The notes under the pieces were generated by a model. It was not told the DNA's origin and did no database searches. It worked only from the letters and a program-made list of their open reading frames with translations. A DNA stretch of 64,000 nt, from contig NC_092671.1 in assembly GCF_964355755.1 (NCBI RefSeq), positions 37,582,304-37,646,303 of the forward strand, written 5' to 3'. Source of the stretch: Antedon mediterranea. Its lineage: Eukaryota > Animalia > Echinodermata. Below, one piece after another: positions 53,030 through 64,000 of this stretch (position 1 is the first letter of the stretch; every line of letters begins with the position of its first letter). The position numbers and the translations under genes were made by a program.

Positions 53030-54735
53030 TATCAACTATGTTTATCAGCTATTTTCATCAGCTATTTTCTTTAGCTACAGTATGTTCATCAGCTATATTA
53101 ATAACCTATTACCATCAGCTATGTTCATCAGCTATGTTCATTAGCTATGTTCATCAGCTATGTTCATAACCTATTACCATCAGCTATGTTCATCATCTAT
53201 GTTCATTAGCTATGTTCCATCAGCTGTGTCCATCAGCTATGTTCATCAGCTATGTTTCATCAGCTATGTTTATCAGCTATGTTCATCAGCTATTAGACTT
53301 GCCCCAAGTCTGTATTATCTTTTTTTTTTATTTATTTGTTTTTATTTCGACCGCGATTTTTGTCTGAAAATACAGACTTGTGAAACACGTATAGAAATCG
53401 ATTTGCAGACCGCAAACATCCGATAAGAAATGACGTAGGTTATCATACCGTATTTGGCTATATGGGGCGGGCGGTATGTAAATATGGATTTCGAATCAAC
53501 CAATGATCATTTTGTTTCAAAATGAAAAAGATCGAGTATGTACAGTGCTGAATGTACGATCGAGACTGTTGAAATATAAAATCGTAATGCCACGTTGTTT
53601 TGTTTATTAATTGTTTAGTCCTTGGCCTAGGCCTCTTTCGTAGGTCCTACTTAATTCGCACGTATGACCTGCCAAATAAAACGCCAATAAAGTAGGCCTA
53701 CATACCACCACCAGCACACAACAGGTCTACACACCACCACACAGCAGGACTAGACAGGGTCTGGGTGGGAATTAAATCAAAATTATCTCCGCGTAATAAA
53801 TGATCCATTCAATGTTTGATTTGCGGATTTGCTAGCCTATCATATCAAGACGAGTTTTCATGTTCTTGGGAAAAATCCCATCAAATGTTTACCAGACTAC
53901 TAGTACTAGGCATATAAAATAATTTCCAGCCTTCAGAGACTTTCATAAATGTACCCAAGTACACATTGTCTAAACGTAACATAGCGCATGCGCATCATCT
54001 TAGTTGTTGAGTCTTTGAAATTCTGAAATATGAATATTAAAACGGAGTACGAGTGAGTAGCCAATCGCATGCAGCTGAAACTAGTCAACTGGATAATCGT
54101 ATGCACCAAGAATTCTTGGTGTCCAACCACGTGACTTGTGCGTGTTTCCCCAGACGGAGTATCCAAAATCAAGTAGTATACGTATGAAACGCCATATGTG
54201 CCAAATTATTTATCTTTTTACTAATATTAAGACAAAACTCCGTCTGGAACCCAGACTAATCAGCTATGTTCCATCAGCTATGTTCCATCAGCTATGTCCA
54301 TCAGCTATATTCATAACCTATTACCATCAGCTATGTTCATCAGCTATGTTCATTAGCTATGTTCATCAGCTATGTTCATTAGCTATGTTAATCAGCTATG
54401 TTCATCAGCTATGTTCATCAGCTATGTTCATCAGCTATGTTCATCAGCTATGTTCATCAGCTATGTTCATCAGCTATGTTCATCAGCTATGTTCATCAGC
54501 TATGTTCATCAGCTATGTTCATCAGCTATGTTGATCAGCTATGTTCATTAGCTATGTTCATTAGCTATGTTCATCAGCTATGTTCATCAGCTATGTTCAT
54601 CAGCTATGTTCATCAGCTATGTTCATCAGCGATGTTGATCAGCTATGTTCATTAGCTATGTTCATCAGATATGTTCATCAGGTATGTTCATCAGGTATGT
54701 TCATCAGCTATATTCATCAACTATTTTCATCATCT
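53030..54735. repeat. 13-bp minisatellite (CAGCTATGTTCAT) interrupted by a 965-bp transposon
   Basis: Tandem copies at 53030-53293 and 54259-54735. Confidence 0.95.
53294..54258. mobile_element. AcademH-like non-autonomous DNA transposon
   Basis: TAG...CTA termini, small hairpins at each end (AGACTTG-CCC-CAAGTCT; GTCTGG-AAC-CCAGAC), 9-bp ATCAGCTAT at 53285-53293 and 54259-54267. Confidence 0.7.
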
Positions 54736-54957
54736 AAGTTCATTTAGTACAGTTATAGCGTACTACATTATAATATCTAAGTTCTAACACTTGTCATGTG
54801 TTAAGATCCAAAAGGCCAAATATAAAAGCTTTTAAGTTTAATTGAGTACTTTAAAAATGCATAGTGTTCTTAAAATGCTACGTTATATTATTAACCATTA
54901 AATATTAACAAGAGTATGCAAACTAGTTTAAAACATTATATTTGTATCTGTCGCCGA

Positions 54958-55405
54958 AGGATATTAATTGGCATGCCATAGGACATTTATTGGCATGCCA
55001 TAGGATATTTATTGGCATGGCATAGTGTATTTGTGAAAATATTACACACATTTCAAAAGCGTTACATTACTTTATAACTTTTGTTATCTTTTTTTTATGC
55101 GTAGGCACTATCTGTATGGATATTGGCATGCCATACAACATTTATTGGCGTGCCATAGGATATTTATTTGCATGCCATAGGGTATTTGTGGAAATGTACA
55201 CGTTTCAAAAGCGTTACATTACTTTATAACTTTTGTTTATCTTTTTTTTTCATGTGTAGGCACTATCTGTATGGATATTGGAATGCCATACAACATTTAT
55301 TGGCGTGAGGGTATTTGTGGAAATGTACACGTTTCAAAAGCGTTACATTACTTTATAACTTTTGTTTATCTTTTTTTTTATGTGTATAGGCACTATCTGT
55401 ATGTG
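54958..55405. repeat. Nested repeat: short ATTGGCATGCCATAGG units within a triplicated block
   Basis: TTTCAAAAGCGTTACATTACTTTATAACTTTTG occurs near 55051, 55203 and 55332. Confidence 0.9.
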
Positions 55406-56954
55406 TTTTTATTATGACTTGTCCACCCTCTCAAATTGAACTGAATTGACATAATTGACCTTAAATCAAAACATTATTGTGGGACATACTGTTAGTTATA
55501 AAAAATATAATAGTAATTATATTAATTCCAATGAAGAATGAACTTTAATGTTACAAGGTAGTGTAAAATATGTATGTATATTCAGGGAATACTCTTCCCA
55601 GGTATGTTTGATATTCTAGTGTATTGATATATCTTACAAAACTGTGATTAGTTTTAACCCACTTACGCAGGATGTTTGTATTCCTACCTACTAGAAATAA
55701 AGTGCACAGCCTCGGGAAAGAAAAACTACTTTTGAGTGGCTGTGCTGAGATATTGATCGAGACCATTTATTTGATGTATCTTAATTAATACTATTATTTA
55801 CAGCTTTAATTAATGGAAGTGTTTTTGAAGACCTTTACAATAATATTTATAAACCAGAGGTACAAGTAATTTGTTGCAAAGGTAGTGAGTGACTTCTGAC
55901 AGTGTGGAAAACAATTTTAAATATTTGTATGTAAAATGAAAATCATAAATTCTAGGAAAAACTGTTAAATCATTCCAAACAATTATTTGTCAGCCCATTA
56001 TAACTAAAAGCCAAAATGATAGTTTACATATTCGCCAAAGTATAATAAAATATGAACAAATTTTAATTGAAACATTTTTACTTATATGCCAGTAAAGGTC
56101 ATATTTAATATTAATAGCAAAACTGTGTCTTTTATATGTTTTATGTAGACATTTTTTTTATCACGTGGAAGACATTGTATTGTTCAAACTATGAAAGTAC
56201 ATTAACGTTTGTATGAAGATATCAACTTAATCAAATTTGTTTATATTGTGCTATAAATAGATTAGTATAATAGTCCGTCGTATCTCCTACAGAAACTTAC
56301 ATAATCAATTCTAATACAGTATCTTTTGTATTATCTTCTACTAGGAATTGAACTTGTCACTTAGACTTAAGCTCTGTCTACACTATCAAACTAGTTTGAC
56401 AAAAAAGTGTGATGTGCCCAAATATGGTAGTGATGTGCCCAAATATGGTAGTGATATGCCCAAATATGGTAGTGATGTGCCCAAATATGGTAGTGATATG
56501 CCCAAATATGGTACATATAACATCATCATGTCCATATATGGGCATATATTTTTGTCAAATAAAGTTTGATAGTGTAGACAGAACTTAACAGGGCAAACCC
56601 AAGTCACCATATTCAACAATAATGTATATAAAAATAGAAATTTATGACATTTAAAATGTTTCATTTAATATTCACCATTTTAGTGGAAATACTGCATATC
56701 ATAATTTCTAGTTATAACGAATATTATATTATCATAAATATGTCACAATTTTAAGTAGCAATAGCAAATTCATGCATCATTTATTTTTTGATTCTTATAT
56801 TGTATCGTCGTGGTCGTGTACTCACTCATCATATATTCATAGCATTACGTATTTCTGAACTATAAATATAAAGAAAGAATATTTTTCTTTTTTTATATAT
56901 ATATATGTGTGTACGTATCCGAAACACTTTACATTGTTTTATTGTGTGTAGTGT

Positions 56955-57140
56955 TTTAAAGATGTATTGTTCCCCTGAAAAAATAATTCCGCCAACCAAT
57001 GTGTTTTTGGTTGAATTTAAGTGAACATTTTTTTTTTTCTACGGAAGTGATTAACTTTATTAAAACTACAAATTAACATATTTAAAGTATGATTTGATTA
57101 ATCTTCATTTTTCATGTTTTTGGGGGACAATATATCTTTA
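56955..57140. mobile_element. Kolobok-like MITE with TTAA on both sides
   Basis: TTAA-AGATGTATTGTTCCCC...GGGGACAATATATCT-TTAA. Confidence 0.8.
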
Positions 57141-58290
57141 ACTCTATAAAAATGAAAACTAAAGTTAATTATTGATCTAATTTCATGAAAATTAAAATTC
57201 TAGTGAAATTATAAATTTTATATGTAGAATTTTATTTTAGGTTACCAAGTTCTTTTTTTGGACTGGACAATTATATTTTATGACGGTGTTTATAGCCTTA
57301 AATTTAATATTTGTTTTGAAATATGTTTTTTATCGGGATTTATGTCTTGTATCACAGAAAACATATTATGCTTTTAACACAATAGTATTTTTGACATGAA
57401 TCATTGTTTAGAAATAAAGAAATGTCATAGTATAATTACGGTTTCAAGATTCTGGGATGCCAGTGATTATTTAAATGCATACAAAAAAGAGCAATGTGAG
57501 TCATCTGTAGAGGGGGCTACAATATTTTTTTTATATAAATTTGACTTTTATTACTCAGTTATAGCAAAAGTATTATATTAACAATTTTTGTACCAACAAT
57601 TCTTTTGAATATATCTTGGTTATAGATTTTAGTGAAAAATAATACGTCATTTATTGGCCTGTGTCAAATTTACCTCCATTCCTTAAAATAGAGAATAAGC
57701 AAATATTTATATGCAGGGAAACGTGATTGTAAACTCCAGAGGGCTCACTCGCTTATCATCTAGTCTACAATGATGTTTTTTTCCGAATTAAACAATAATT
57801 ATTACATTTACATGTATCTTTGCCATTTGATTTGTTAATTTCCTATATCACGTGTCATGCATTTGATTCCCAATTCATTGCACATTCAGCTTTTTGTAAA
57901 CATTTTGGGAATTTTACGGTGCACCATGTTTTTAAGGCTGGTAAATGGTGCGAGTGAAAACCAACCTATAATTTTCTCTAATTGTCCTATTCATCGATAG
58001 ACCACAACTCATTGTTTGTAGACGTACACTACACATGTTTATATCCCTGTAAATGCATTAAAATACTACTTACAAGTAGAATGAGATTATAATGACTTTA
58101 GTCTATTAAGTCTGTGACGGATACAATGACACAATGGTAGAATTGGTTGAAATTGATTTATTATATGGATTTCAACAGTTAAAAAGTACAAAACGGAAAA
58201 AAACACATTTTTCTGAACAAAATTATTTATTAAAAAATCATGTATAATTTATAGAGAGTAGTATAACAAATGTGCCTTGTACTATAATAA

Positions 58291-58598
58291 ATGAATGAGT
58301 GGCCGAGCGGTTAAGACATTGGAATTGTAATTACGTAGGCATAACATCGGCAGGGGTTCGAGGCTCACTCACTCCATTGTTCTGGTGGTAGAACGAGTCT
58401 TCTCGGATAAGGACTATAAACCGTAGGTCCAATGTACACAACTGTGCACTTTAAAGAACTTTCGAGACGAGTAGGGGGTTACCCCGGTGTATTAGTACAT
58501 CACAGCCACTGATCACCAACTGGGCCCTCTGGGAGACCAGTCTTTGACTGAAGAGGTCGCCCAGTATAAAAATAAACAAACAATCAAACAAACAATCA
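58291..58598 (+). mobile_element. Full-length tRNA-derived SINE with Deu/Nin-type central domain
   Basis: A box TGGCCGAGCGG, B box GGTTCGAGGCT; TCGGATAAGGACTATAAACCG..GGTCC...TTAAAGAAC...GAGTAGGGGGTTACCCCGGTGT resembles the Deu/Nin consensus; (AAAC)n-like tail. Confidence 0.8.
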
Positions 58599-59047
58599 TA
58601 ATAACTAATCTTTATACTGAATTATCCATAATAAATATGAAGTTTGATAATAATGAATATTGTTAGTCTGCCCTCTATAGCCTTAAATACAAATTTAAAT
58701 TTGCCACTATGCCATTGCATTAGTGTCAATGAGAAACAATAGCGCACCAATAAGACTAGGAGGAGCATACAAGTAACGTGCCGTCTACAGCGCTGCTTAA
58801 TACTTCAAATAGGATATACCGGATTTACAGCTTCTAAGATATTTTGTGTTAAGTGGTATTATTCTAAGATTAATTATAACATTAGATATTGGTGAGACTT
58901 GATGTGTTTTGACGGCAAACCTGTAGCATCCTAACTTAAAGAGCTATATATGATGCAACGAGATATTTGCTAAAGAGTTTTATAAGACTTTTCCGCATAT
59001 CTCGTGTTAATCTCATTGTTAATTTGGAATATACTTAATCAGACAGA

Positions 59048-59125
59048 ATGAGGACATATGCGACTATTGAGGGAAGTGGTGTTAATAAGGATAGCCAGTC
59101 TATGGGACTGTTAGGGTGGTTCCAG
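59048..59125 (+). CDS. Candidate alternative first coding exon (MRTYATIEGSGVNKDSQSMGLLGWFQ)
   Basis: AGAATGA context, 26 codons to CAG|GTAGGC in phase 0; CCAAT near 58747; 3' end lies in a short degenerate triplication. Confidence 0.4.
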
Positions 59126-61116
59126 GTAGGCAACAACATTATAATGTTAATAAAAGCCAATCGATGGGACTTATTGTTAAGATCTGTCTACACTATGTGA
59201 TGTGCCCTTATATGGACATGATGGTGTCATATCACTACCATATTTAAGCATATCACACTTTTTTTTATGTGTAGACAGAGCTTTAGGCTGGTTCCAGGTT
59301 CCTAGGAAACAACATTGAATGAGACTTATTAGGATGGTTCCAGGTAGGATCTACTGATAGCCTAAAATAAAGCTCTTATATTACTTTTGTGTTGGGTTGT
59401 TTTTATGATTTAAAAAAAAAGGAAGATTTATTTGCAAACGTTTTATATAGTTTTCAAGTATGACCATAGAGCTATGCATTAAAAAAGGGCCTATATTGAT
59501 AGAATATAGGTTTATAAATAAACTATAGCAACCAGATCTTACAGATTGGAGCCTATTTTGGACATCATGTTATTAGATGTATTTCAGTTTTTGTTTCAAC
59601 GTGTACTGTAATAATTTTAATATTTGACAAAAATAAATAGCTTAACTTAATACTTTATGCACAATAATAGTCACTTTCATACAGGCTAATTCTTCTAGAT
59701 TATTTTACTGAAACATTATGTGACACATGTTAAGTTTAGTACTAACAAATTTGTAAATCTTAAGAAAACACACTTAATATATTATCCTCACATCAACATT
59801 CTGTCATGTTAAATCACTTTGCTTATTATAAGTTTCATTTAGTTAATTATTGTGCACTTTGAGAAATCAAACAGATCATGACTATTTGACTTCAAGCAAA
59901 CCTAAATAATTAGTTTAAAAGAGCACAAGTGTAATAACATATTATTGTTATACTCTTTCTTTCCAACCTTATAAAACCAGCGAGCATTTTCACCACACAC
60001 TGTCATACTTTATTTGAGTATAAATGTGTGATGGGTATGACAGAGAGATACAGTATGTGATTGAATATGCCTGCCTTTAGGCTAAAGAAATACTTTATAC
60101 TATAACCCCTAGTATTTGAATACCACTTAAAGGAAAATACTTAAATGTCTATTCACTTAAGTGGATATACTTGGTATTTAAGGGAAATATCTTACTTAAG
60201 CATGTTGGTGGATATACAAAACTTTTGGAAAACTGACCATTTCTTTCCAGTCTAAAGTTTTGTCTACACTATCAAACTTTATGTGACAAAAAATGTGATG
60301 TGCCCATATATGGACATGATGATGTCATATCAATACCATCGTTGGGCACATCACACTTTTTTTGTCAAACTAGTTTGGTTTTCACGTTTTGACTGTGCAG
60401 TGTTATCAGGTTGATTTTTGTCTTGTCTTTTGTTCTTTTGCCATCATCAACTTACAAGACCTTTATCCTTAAAAGGAGAATTACCAAGTAGTATTTTTAA
60501 CTGACTTCATTGAATGCGCCAATATCATGCATTCTCCATTTGATATGTCAGTAGGCCTTAGCCATCCATCCCATCATGGGCTATTATAGGAAACTGCACA
60601 TGACATAATCTTTAATAAATGTATGATGGCTTATGTTACTTACTGCAGAGACTAGAAAAACGATAACAGGTGATTTCAAAATGCCATCATAAATGAATTT
60701 GTTCAATATACGGTTGATACCAAATCTTCACCATAATATACTTTACTTTAGAGGTATGTACGACAATTACTATTATTGGTTTAATATTCTTATATATATA
60801 TACTATACTTACACTACGGCTTATGTACAACAATTTTATTATTTAATAATTATAACTTATATCGGATGTTTTTAAGCACAGATTCTTTAATTAAGGAGAT
60901 AAAGTATTAAATGTATTATCATATTGGAAGATGACGAATCACATCATACCAATCCCCAGTTATTATTATTCATTTGTGATTATAATTAGGACCACACCCA
61001 CTGGTACAACATAATGTTACGACTTAGATGTACATTTTTATATTATGAGTCAAGAATTAATACTTTCTCAGATATTGGGTTTTAAAATAGTGTCTTGATA
61101 TGCCCAAAATGAGTCA

Positions 61117-61523
61117 CAGAGTCTGTTTCTGCTGCATATCACCGAATAAACAGATTATTTTAAAAATGTAATAAATATATTGAATGCATTTCTGCTTAAT
61201 TTTTGCTCCAAAATAACCTCTTTAAATCAGTGGATGGTCGTTGACAAAAATCATTAAAATTACCCAAAATGCAATTGGTTCTGGCGGTTAATTCAAACGT
61301 AGCAGCTGTCAATCAAATAACCGTTATTTTTGTTGCAGCTAAAAGTTGCCTGCAATAACCGGTTAAATGGCGTTCTAACACCGAATTTAATGGGTGTTTT
61401 TAACCGGTTATTTTGCGAGGTCTTTTAAACGGTTACCACAAAATTGTCCTGTTTCTGTTCGCAAGAAATTGGAGTTTATTCACAACGTTTTAACCGGTTA
61501 ATTTTATGCTGAAGAAACGGGAC
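61117..61523. mobile_element. Degenerate MITE-like element rich in TAACCGGTTA
   Basis: Imperfect TIR CTGTTTCTGCTGCATA / TATGCTGAAGAAACGG (13 of 16); five TAACCGGTTA-like motifs. Confidence 0.45.
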
Positions 61524-62734
61524 CACATTGACAAAATGAGGGAGGGGATGACAATGGAACTCCAACTCCACTCTAAATACATTATGGCTTGCTAAATTAC
61601 TTTTTGATGTGCTTTGTGTTAATTAAAGTCGGCAATATGTAAAGCTAAACACTCCATTTTCTATTGAGAAAGGTGTTTAAATTAATATATTAATTTAAAC
61701 ACCTTGACACATTTTAAGATGCACTTTTAGTTTCAAAGTAAAAAGAGGAAATTGTTATTATTAAGCCAGTGTAAACTAAGTAGCAAACTTAAATTAGTTG
61801 CAAATGTCAGATGTAATGATAAATTTTTATTGGCGATAGAATTTAATTTGTTTTCTTGTGCAGTCTTCGTCTCCACCTAGCCTGGAGTTGTTGATAATAT
61901 TTTCTTCAATTTCAAATTGTGACAAATTAGAAACCTAGATTTATCTTGAGGAAAGCGTATCTTGGTGATAATTACACAGTGTGTAGCACAAGTTGATAGC
62001 TTGCCATTCAAACGGCTATAGCTGCTATTTATAGTTTCGTCAAATCTAGGTTTTTTAAGCTCTGTCTACACCATCAAACTTTATGTGACAATAAAATGTG
62101 ATGTGCCCATATATGGACATGATGATGTCATATCACTGCCATATTTGGGCATATCACTACCATATTTGAGCACATCACTTTTTTTGTCAAACTAGTTTGA
62201 TATTGTAGACTGAGCTTAAATCCTTTACTGGACATTTAGTATTCATACACTAAAGGGTATACATTGGCTAAGCCACAGTTATGTCAACTTGATGCATACA
62301 AATCAGAACTGTGTATGTGACAAGAACAAAGATTACAAACAAAAGTTAATATCAATTCTTTAAATTTTTATTAAGTCTTTGTAAATTAGAAAAAAAAAAC
62401 TGTTTGCGACATTAACTTTACGCATTTTAGAACAATTGTTGTAATACTAATTAGTCCTTCCGTGATATGCCACAGATGTTTTGACATTTTGTGAACAATA
62501 CATAAATTATTAGGAGTTGAGTCAAACACAGCCATCAATATTATCAGACAAGGTAAAGTCTCGTCTAAATGCAAACTATATCTGACATAATCAAGTTATG
62601 TCATTTCATGAAACACAATTCAATAACACAATGAATTTCTAGAAGTTAAATGAAATATGTTATTGTACTGCGTTCAAGGTAATTTCTTAGGTTGCATAAA
62701 AAAAACAATTTGATACATTATTTTGATGGATTGG

Positions 62735-63982
62735 AGTTGTCAGGGGGAGGTGGGATTATCATGGGGATGATGGGATTATCATGGGAGTGGTTGGATTATC
62801 ATGGGGGTGGTGGGATTATCATGGGAGTGGTGGGATTGTCATGGGGGTGATGAGATTGTCATGGGATGGTTGGATTATCATGGGAGTGGTTGGATTATCA
62901 TGGGGATGGTGGGATTGTCATGGGGATGGTTGGAGTATCATGGGAGTGGTGGGATTGTCATTGGGATGGTTGGATTATCATGGGGGTGGTGGGATTATCA
63001 TAGGATTGGTGGGATTGTCATGGGGGTGATGAGATTGTCATGGGATGGTTGGATTATCATGGGAGTGGTTGGATTATCATGGGGATGGTTGGATTATCTT
63101 GGGAGTGGTTAGATTATCATGGGAGTGGTTGTATTATCATGGGGATGGTGGGACATGGGGATGGTAGGATTATCATGGGGATGGTAGGATTATCATGGGG
63201 ATGGTTGAATTATCTTGGGAGTGGTTGGATTATCATGGGAGTGGTTGTATTATCATGGGAGTGGTTGTATTATCATGGGGATGGTGGGACATGGGGATGG
63301 TAGGATTGTCATGGTGATGGTTGGATTATCATGGGGATGGTTGGATTATCATGGGGATGGTTGGATTATCATGAGGGTGGTTGGATTAACATGGGGGTTG
63401 ATAGGATTGTCATAGGGGATGGTGGGGTTGTCATGGGGGTTGATAGGATTGTCATAGGGGATGGTGGGGTTGTCATGGGGGTTGATAGGATTGTCATAGG
63501 GGATGGTGGGGTTGTCATGGGGGTTGATAGGATTGTCATAGGGGATGGTGGGGTTGTCATGGGGGTTGATAGGATTGTCATAGGGGATGGTGGGGTTGTC
63601 ATGGGGGTTGATAGGATTGTCATAGGGGTTGATAGGATTGTCATAGGGGATGGTGGGGTTGTCATGGGGGATGGTGGGGTTGTCATAGGGGATGGTGGGG
63701 TTGTCATAGGGGATGGTGGGGTTGTCATAGGGGATGGTGGGGTTGTCATGGGGGATGGTGGGGTTGTCATGGGGGATGGTGGGGTTGTCATAGGGGATGG
63801 TGGGGTTGTCATAGGGGATGGTGGGGTTGTCATAGGGGATGGTGGGGTTGTCATGGGGGATGGTGGGGTTGTCATGGGGGATGGTGGGGTTGTCATGGGG
63901 GATGGTGGGGTTGTCATGGGGGATGGTGGGGTTGTCATGGGGGATGGTGGGGTTGTCATGGGGGATGGTGGGGTTGTCATGG
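62735..63982. repeat. G-rich minisatellite shifting from 20-bp to 21-bp units
   Basis: ATGGGAGTGGTTGGATTATC to about 63385, then ATAGGGGATGGTGGGGTTGTC; explains all ORFs at 62781-63980. Confidence 0.97.
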
Positions 63983-64000
63983 TATGTTTGTTGAACAGCA

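Noticed and set aside
61846-61940. Strong acceptor TTGTTTTCTTGTGCAG as the common exon 2
   Set aside because: All three frames hit stops before a credible donor
62514-62552. 39-nt micro-exon ending AAG|GTAAAG
   Set aside because: Acceptor lacks a pyrimidine tract; not distinguishable from chance
63369-63980. 203-aa mucin-like MTTPPSP ORF
   Set aside because: 21-bp minisatellite continuous with a 20-bp array; no splice context seen

Overview
AT-rich eukaryotic (invertebrate animal-like) DNA with no complete protein-coding gene; nearly all ORFs in the supplied track are artefacts of tandem repeats or AT-rich sequence. The window is mostly intron-like sequence densely filled with non-autonomous DNA transposons (about 26 copies of one ~110-270 bp TWA-flanked MITE, a Kolobok-like TTAA family, piggyBac-, hAT- and AcademH-like elements), tRNA-derived SINEs (one with a Deu/Nin-type domain), LINE 3' ends, a Gypsy protease relic, Penelope-like terminal repeats carrying a minimal hammerhead ribozyme, and about ten minisatellite arrays. 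The main non-repeat signal is a series of 5-7 short + strand ATG-to-GT segments (7.6, 28.9, 32.5, 37.1, 49.0, 52.0, 59.0 kb), all readable as ending in phase 0 and encoding very different N-termini (signal anchor, N-myristoylation motif, acidic, basic). This suggests the window is the 5' region of a large gene with many alternative promoters whose common exon 2 lies downstream. All calls were made by eye; coordinates of degenerate elements are approximate.
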